This document shows, piece by piece, positions 58,988 to 64,000 of a stretch of DNA of 64,000 nucleotides. A program made the position numbers and the translations under genes. Each line of letters opens with the position of its first letter. Positions within the stretch are counted from its first letter, which is position 1. The stretch is from the IMG/VR virus record IMGVR_UViG_3300032304_000649. One strand, 5' to 3'. Source of the DNA: an uncultured virus (IMG/VR IMGVR_UViG_3300032304_000649). Lineage: Duplodnaviria > Heunggongvirae > Uroviricota > Caudoviricetes. A model generated the notes under the pieces. The model searched no databases, was not told the origin of the DNA, and saw nothing but the letters and a program-made list of their open reading frames with translations.

Positions 58988-60931
58988 ATGGCAGATATTA
59001 CACCTGGACTTAATACTTTAGAAGACGACGAGAAACAAACTGGTGCTGGTGCTGCTGTAAAAGCCACCGGCAAAGGTTTGTCACCTGTTGGCACCATTGC
59101 TATGGACCCAACTCAAACTGCTGAGTTATTAGCCAATATGCAAGGTATGGTTGACCAACGCACTGGTGCGTTTAATACATTTATGAGTGGGCTACAGCGC
59201 GCATCTGCCTGGGGATCTGGTGGCGAAAAAGGCCCAGCGGCCGCATTGGCTCAACTAGACCAACAAAAATTAGCAGAAGATCGTGAACTGTTTAACATGC
59301 GCCAACAAATGGCTGCATTACGTTCATCTGCTGCACAACAAAAAGCCTTTAACGAGCGTAAACAAGCTGAGTTAACTGGCGGTGCTCCAACCGGCGGCGC
59401 CGGTGGTACTGGCGCTCCTGGTGGTGCTAGTATGCGCCAGTCTGTATTTGATCAAATGCCTGCAGAAATTAAAAGAGCATTAAGCAACGCAAGAACACAA
59501 GAAGAGTGGAACAGCATTTACAATCCGTACGCTCAAAAAATAGCGCAAATACAAGCACAGTTTAGATACAACCCAGCTACTTACGAAAACAAAATTAAAT
59601 TTGTTGATCCAAGAACTGGAAAACTTGATTACATTGACGCTGAAACTGCTAAACGTTATAAAGAAATGGGTTACGGCGACAATGTTATTATGCCAACACC
59701 ACAAGCTGCGCCCAGACCAACTGGCGGAATATCTCCAGAAGCAATTGAAAAAGTTGAAAGCGGCGGTAAACCCGGGTTAGTAAGTCCTAAAGGGGCGGAA
59801 GGTGTAATGCAAGTTATGCCAATGACGCAAGTAGATCCTGGATTTGGCGTAACACCAGCTAAAGATAAATCTCCCGAAGAACTTAAACGTGTTGGCCGTG
59901 ATTATTATGCTGCAATGCAAAGAAAATACGGCGATGATAATTTAGCCGCAATTGCTTACAACATGGGTCCAGGTAAAACTGATGCTTGGTTGGCAAAAGG
60001 TGGGGAATTTAACCAGTTACCAAAAGAAACACAAGAGTATATTGGTAGAGTTAATTTAGCAAACGCTAAACTAAATCGTGCCCCCGCCCAAGTTGCAGTT
60101 CCACAAACTCAAGCTGGTACGCGGGAACGCGTTACTATACCAGAGGCTGAAACAAAACAAGCTGGTGCAAAAGCTAGAGCTGAAGCTGCGGGCACTGCTT
60201 CCGGTAAATATATTGGTGGTGCAGAAGCAACTGTTCGTGAAGCAGGAAACACTTCTAAAGACCGTTTATCTTCTTTAGAATATTTAGATGGTTTAATTAC
60301 TAACCCTAAAACAAGCAGAGTATTTGGTGTTTTTGAACACCCTGATTTTGCTTCTGCAATTGGTAAAATAGTAGACAACGGAATAAAACTGGGTCGTCTG
60401 GGCGATGTTGGTGTTGATTTAGCACCAATTGTTCGTAGTGTAATGCAAGGCGCATCCCAAGAAGAAAATGACGCAGTACAAAAAGCCACTAGAGAATTTG
60501 CAAAGATTAAACTTAATGAGGCTAAGATTTTATTGGCTGGTCAAGGTGCAGTGTCTGACGCTGAACGTGGTCTAATACAAGAACTTTCTGGTAGTGTAAA
60601 GAATTCTCCCGGTGCTTTAAAAGATTATCTTGCCTGGGGTAAAATGCGTGCTGAATATGATTACAATGTTGGTGAAGCATATAAAATTTATAGAAGGCAA
60701 AACAAAGGCACCACATTTGAAGACTTTTTAGATTCTGGAACTGCAGATGATATAAGAGATGCCTACGACCAAAAATTAGCAGATTTTGCTAAAAAAACTG
60801 GCATAGATATGAATAAGCCTCGTACAGAGTCAAGCCCAAGCCAAAAACCTGCTGCTTCTTCTTTTACGTATAAAGATCCAGATAAAGAAAAAAGATATCA
60901 ATTGTACTTACAACAAAAAGGTACTAAATAA
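58988..60931 (+). CDS. Ejection protein with SLT lytic transglycosylase domain
   Basis: VESGG..SPKGAEGVMQVMP..AYNMGPG..ETQEYI. Confidence 0.85.
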   Translation: MADITPGLNTLEDDEKQTGAGAAVKATGKGLSPVGTIAMDPTQTAELLANMQGMVDQRTGAFNTFMSGLQRASAWGSGGEKGPAAALAQLDQQKLAEDRELFNMRQQMAALRSSAAQQKAFNERKQAELTGGAPTGGAGGTGAPGGASMRQSVFDQMPAEIKRALSNARTQEEWNSIYNPYAQKIAQIQAQFRYNPATYENKIKFVDPRTGKLDYIDAETAKRYKEMGYGDNVIMPTPQAAPRPTGGISPEAIEKVESGGKPGLVSPKGAEGVMQVMPMTQVDPGFGVTPAKDKSPEELKRVGRDYYAAMQRKYGDDNLAAIAYNMGPGKTDAWLAKGGEFNQLPKETQEYIGRVNLANAKLNRAPAQVAVPQTQAGTRERVTIPEAETKQAGAKARAEAAGTASGKYIGGAEATVREAGNTSKDRLSSLEYLDGLITNPKTSRVFGVFEHPDFASAIGKIVDNGIKLGRLGDVGVDLAPIVRSVMQGASQEENDAVQKATREFAKIKLNEAKILLAGQGAVSDAERGLIQELSGSVKNSPGALKDYLAWGKMRAEYDYNVGEAYKIYRRQNKGTTFEDFLDSGTADDIRDAYDQKLADFAKKTGIDMNKPRTESSPSQKPAASSFTYKDPDKEKRYQLYLQQKGTK

Positions 60932-62820
60932 TGTCCCAGTTTACTCCTCAAGAATTGGAAGAGTTTGAGTTCCGTGAAAGAGCAGAAAAAGAATTTGCTG
61001 CTAAACAAACACCTGACGCAAGAGATACAGAAGCCGCAGTGAGCAATGTGGTGTACCCAGCTGTTGGAGCTGCAGTTGGAGCCGCCGCTGGTAGTTTACC
61101 AACTAAGATAGTCAATGGTATGGTCCAAGACCCGATGACCGGAAAATGGATGGCGGTAGAAAATTACGCTCGTCAAATGGCTCAGGGTAAATATTACGGC
61201 GGTCAAAACTACAATCAGGTTTGGGACAAAATTCGTGAATATAATTTAGATCCAACCCAAGGCCCACGTCTTGAAAAAGAAGCCATGGCTAATAGATCTA
61301 CGGGTCAGAAAATGTTGGCAAATACTCCTAAACCACTACAAGGTTTAGTTTCTAAACCAATGGGTGTGATCGGTCGTGGCACTGTTGGTCTTGGTGCTGG
61401 TCTGCAAGGTTCAGATGCGCTTAATCGCTACAAAGCTGGTGACACCAGCGGTTCAATAATTAGCGGCATTGGTGCGTTAGGTACTGCAGCGGCTATGATC
61501 CCACACCCTGTAACACGTATTGGTGGTACGGCTATTGGACTAGGTGCTGAGGGTTTAAATACGTTCCTTGATTATCTTAAAAAGAAAAGTCAAAAGCCCG
61601 CACAGCCACAGGCTCAACCACAACAAATGGCTGAGGGTGGATCAGCAAAGAAAAAGATGTCTAAGGCTGAACGCGCAGCTAAGGCAATACGTGAGAATAA
61701 TAAAAAAAAAGTTCCGCAGTTAGCTGATGGCGGACAAGTAGGTATGGCAACGCCTATTGATGCACTACCTGTAAAATTTGGTACGGAAGCACCAAATTCT
61801 AACCCATATGGATTTACTGCTCCGACGGGTCCTTCTACACAGGCTTTAGTACCTTACTACAACAAAACAACTGGAGAATCTTGGACTGCGCCTAGCGGTG
61901 GATACACGCCACCATCGGCTGATTGGCTTCAAGGTTCTCCTGGTAATTCACAAGTAGCACCGTTGCCAGGTTTTGCTCCTGGCATGGACCCTGTAAAACC
62001 AAACAAAATGCCAGCTACGTTAGCTGAATGGCAAGCCCAGCAGGGTCCCGTAATGACTGCTGATGTTAAGCCTTGGGCTGGAACAGTTGATGCTAGCGGT
62101 ACTTGGAAAGCAAATACTCCTGAAGAAGCGGCTGCGGCTTATGCAAAATTTGCAGCCGAATCTAATGCTGCAACTCCTATAGGTATAACCCCTCCGTCTG
62201 GTGGCGGGTCTGGTTTAAGTGGTTTAATTGCTCCGACTTTGCCCGTTCCAATGCCGCAGCAACAGCCCTATATGCCTATGATGGGCAATAATCTAACACC
62301 ACCACCAATATATAATAACCCTAATTTTGTGCCTACACAAATTGGTGGCAATCTACCTAGTGGTGGATCGGGTTTAAATAGTTTAGTTAATCAACCAACA
62401 AACGCACCTAAGCCAGTTGCTCAAATAACACCGCAACAACCGTTTCAACAAAGACGTGTTGCGCCCCCGTTAAGTGGTAATATAAACCCATCGTTTGCTA
62501 AAAGAGCCCTGCCTTATACTCCAAAGCCAATACCAAAACCTATGCCTAGAAGAAGAATGTTTGCTGAGGGTGGCAGTACTACACCAGCATGGCAACGTTC
62601 TGAAGGCAAGAGCCCATCGGGCGGTTTAAACGCTTTAGGTCGTGCTTCATACAAGCGTGAGACTGGTGGCACATTAAAGGCACCACAGCCAGAAGGCGGC
62701 TCACGTAAGAAGTCATTCTGCGCCAGGATGGGCGGGATGAAGAAGAAACTAACTTCTTCAAAGACCGCCAACGATCCGGATTCACGCATCAACAAAGCAC
62801 TCCGTAAGTGGAAGTGCTAA
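60931..62820 (+). CDS. Pro-rich virion-associated protein with basic C-terminal domain (DUF6321-like)
   Basis: AWQRSEGKSPSGGLN..RKKSFCARM..SRINKALRKWKC. Confidence 0.65.
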   Translation: MSQFTPQELEEFEFRERAEKEFAAKQTPDARDTEAAVSNVVYPAVGAAVGAAAGSLPTKIVNGMVQDPMTGKWMAVENYARQMAQGKYYGGQNYNQVWDKIREYNLDPTQGPRLEKEAMANRSTGQKMLANTPKPLQGLVSKPMGVIGRGTVGLGAGLQGSDALNRYKAGDTSGSIISGIGALGTAAAMIPHPVTRIGGTAIGLGAEGLNTFLDYLKKKSQKPAQPQAQPQQMAEGGSAKKKMSKAERAAKAIRENNKKKVPQLADGGQVGMATPIDALPVKFGTEAPNSNPYGFTAPTGPSTQALVPYYNKTTGESWTAPSGGYTPPSADWLQGSPGNSQVAPLPGFAPGMDPVKPNKMPATLAEWQAQQGPVMTADVKPWAGTVDASGTWKANTPEEAAAAYAKFAAESNAATPIGITPPSGGGSGLSGLIAPTLPVPMPQQQPYMPMMGNNLTPPPIYNNPNFVPTQIGGNLPSGGSGLNSLVNQPTNAPKPVAQITPQQPFQQRRVAPPLSGNINPSFAKRALPYTPKPIPKPMPRRRMFAEGGSTTPAWQRSEGKSPSGGLNALGRASYKRETGGTLKAPQPEGGSRKKSFCARMGGMKKKLTSSKTANDPDSRINKALRKWKC

Positions 62821-62821
62821 C

Positions 62822-64000
62822 TTACTTCCTATAACGTTTACCGTACCAACCCTCCGCAGCAAGAGGAAAATCGGGAGCCCATGATGGTGGCGTAGTCATA
62901 ATACGGACCACATCATTCATTGCGGACTCCCCGTTTTGTTCTTCTACAAGAAGGAGTACCTCGTCATGGATGCTGTTTATAACGCTATATCCCGCATTTT
63001 CAAGATTGAGCATGGCATTAGCCAAGAAGTCCCTAGCAGTAGCCTGAACGGCGGACTGGAAGATACTGCTACCAATCAAAGCATTTCTACTCCACTGCCG
63101 AGTGTAGGTGTTTTGGGAATGGACAGTAACACCCATCTTTTGCGCGCCCCATGGTGTGGTGAGCAACTCGAGCTCTGGCCTTTGCCAGCAGATCAATCTA
63201 CCACTGGGTAGTCTCATCCACAGTGCGTTCTTTGTGACTTTCAGTTTAATCTTACTACCAGCATCAAACGTTGTGCCTGGGCTCTGTGCGGCTTGAATTG
63301 AAGCGGTCTCACACTTAGTCCATAAGTTCTTAACCATCAGATACGACGCCCGGTAGTTATCTACCGCACTCTTGGCTTGGGTCTCGGTTATGTTGACGCC
63401 CATACCGGCGGCATACTTAACTAAGCCCTTAGCACCCTGACCAAACATTGCGCCCAGAACCGCCGACTTAGCAATTTGTCTTTGATCCTTCGTAACTTCT
63501 TCATACGGGACTCGGTACAGGGATGTGGAGGCGAATACTTTATACTCATCTAGTCCTTTCCTAAATAGCTCTATCTTATCTTTTTGATCCGCAAGATATA
63601 CGCCAACTCGGTTTTCAATGCTTGAAAAATCCACATCCACGAATGTATGGCCTTGTGGCGCCCTAATAGCAGATCGAACGAGTGAGGACAGTTCGTCCAT
63701 CGATCCATTTGCCTCGCCAAAAAGTCGTGGTATCGCCGCCTCAATCTCTGCATCACTGATAGTGGGGCGAGCAATATTTTGAAGATTAAGTCCACCGCGA
63801 GAAGCCCAGCGACCAGTAGAAGCCCCGTGATAGACGAGCGTGTTTCGTATCCTGCCATTCCTTTGTACCTCCAACATTTTAGCGTACTTAGCCACGCTAG
63901 TTTGGCTTCCTTCTTGGCGCAACTCTAGCGCCCTCTTAACATCTTCCCCTGAAAACAAATTATCAAAGTTAGTGCTTACTAACTTATTTGAAACGGACTC
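62822..64000 (-). CDS. Family A DNA polymerase, C-terminal part (truncated by the right edge)
   Basis: TGRWAS..NLQNI; DFSSIENRV (motif A); RQIAKSAVLG (motif B); IHDE (motif C). Confidence 0.93.
   Translation of the reverse strand, partial: ESVSNKLVSTNFDNLFSGEDVKRALELRQEGSQTSVAKYAKMLEVQRNGRIRNTLVYHGASTGRWASRGGLNLQNIARPTISDAEIEAAIPRLFGEANGSMDELSSLVRSAIRAPQGHTFVDVDFSSIENRVGVYLADQKDKIELFRKGLDEYKVFASTSLYRVPYEEVTKDQRQIAKSAVLGAMFGQGAKGLVKYAAGMGVNITETQAKSAVDNYRASYLMVKNLWTKCETASIQAAQSPGTTFDAGSKIKLKVTKNALWMRLPSGRLICWQRPELELLTTPWGAQKMGVTVHSQNTYTRQWSRNALIGSSIFQSAVQATARDFLANAMLNLENAGYSVINSIHDEVLLLVEEQNGESAMNDVVRIMTTPPSWAPDFPLAAEGWYGKRYRK

Noticed and set aside
1..64000. Prophage or host chromosome segment (because of fab-like, acpS, groES and sigma genes)
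   Set aside because: These genes are coupled inside phage operons. There is no integrase, att site or host housekeeping synteny, and both edges fall in phage replication genes.

Overview
A near-complete, circularly permuted genome of a tailed dsDNA phage. It is probably lytic and podovirus-like: no integrase or tape-measure gene is seen, and ejection-type proteins, one with a lytic transglycosylase, are present. The minus strand 1-14.9 kb plus 62.8-64 kb carries replication and metabolism genes: class II RNR, SSB, Cas4-like nuclease, SNF2 helicase, VRR-NUC, primase-helicase, PolA, and an unusual KS + ACP + AcpS acyl-synthesis trio. The minus strand 15.3-24.7 kb is an early/host-takeover island with a sigma factor, a MoxR-vWA pair and a SprT-like protein. 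The plus strand 25.9-62.8 kb carries packaging, head, fibre, lysis, tail and ejection genes. Main novelties: (1) an 81-nt mini-tmRNA with only the tRNA-like domain (4418-4498, minus); (2) the KS/ACP/PPTase set; (3) a ~10.2-kb island bracketed by two inverted iteron arrays, almost free of GC-containing 4-bp palindromes but carrying about 23 GTTTAAAC sites; (4) a non-coding cluster of host transcription-factor-like boxes, including two perfect NtrC boxes; (5) a fixed-spacing late promoter GGGCG-N15-TTGCATTAGT, with a possibly split sigma factor; (6) a free-standing, catalytically degenerate intein gene before TerL; (7) a collagen fibre gene paired with a GT2-TPR glycosyltransferase. All counts were made by eye and no database searches were run.
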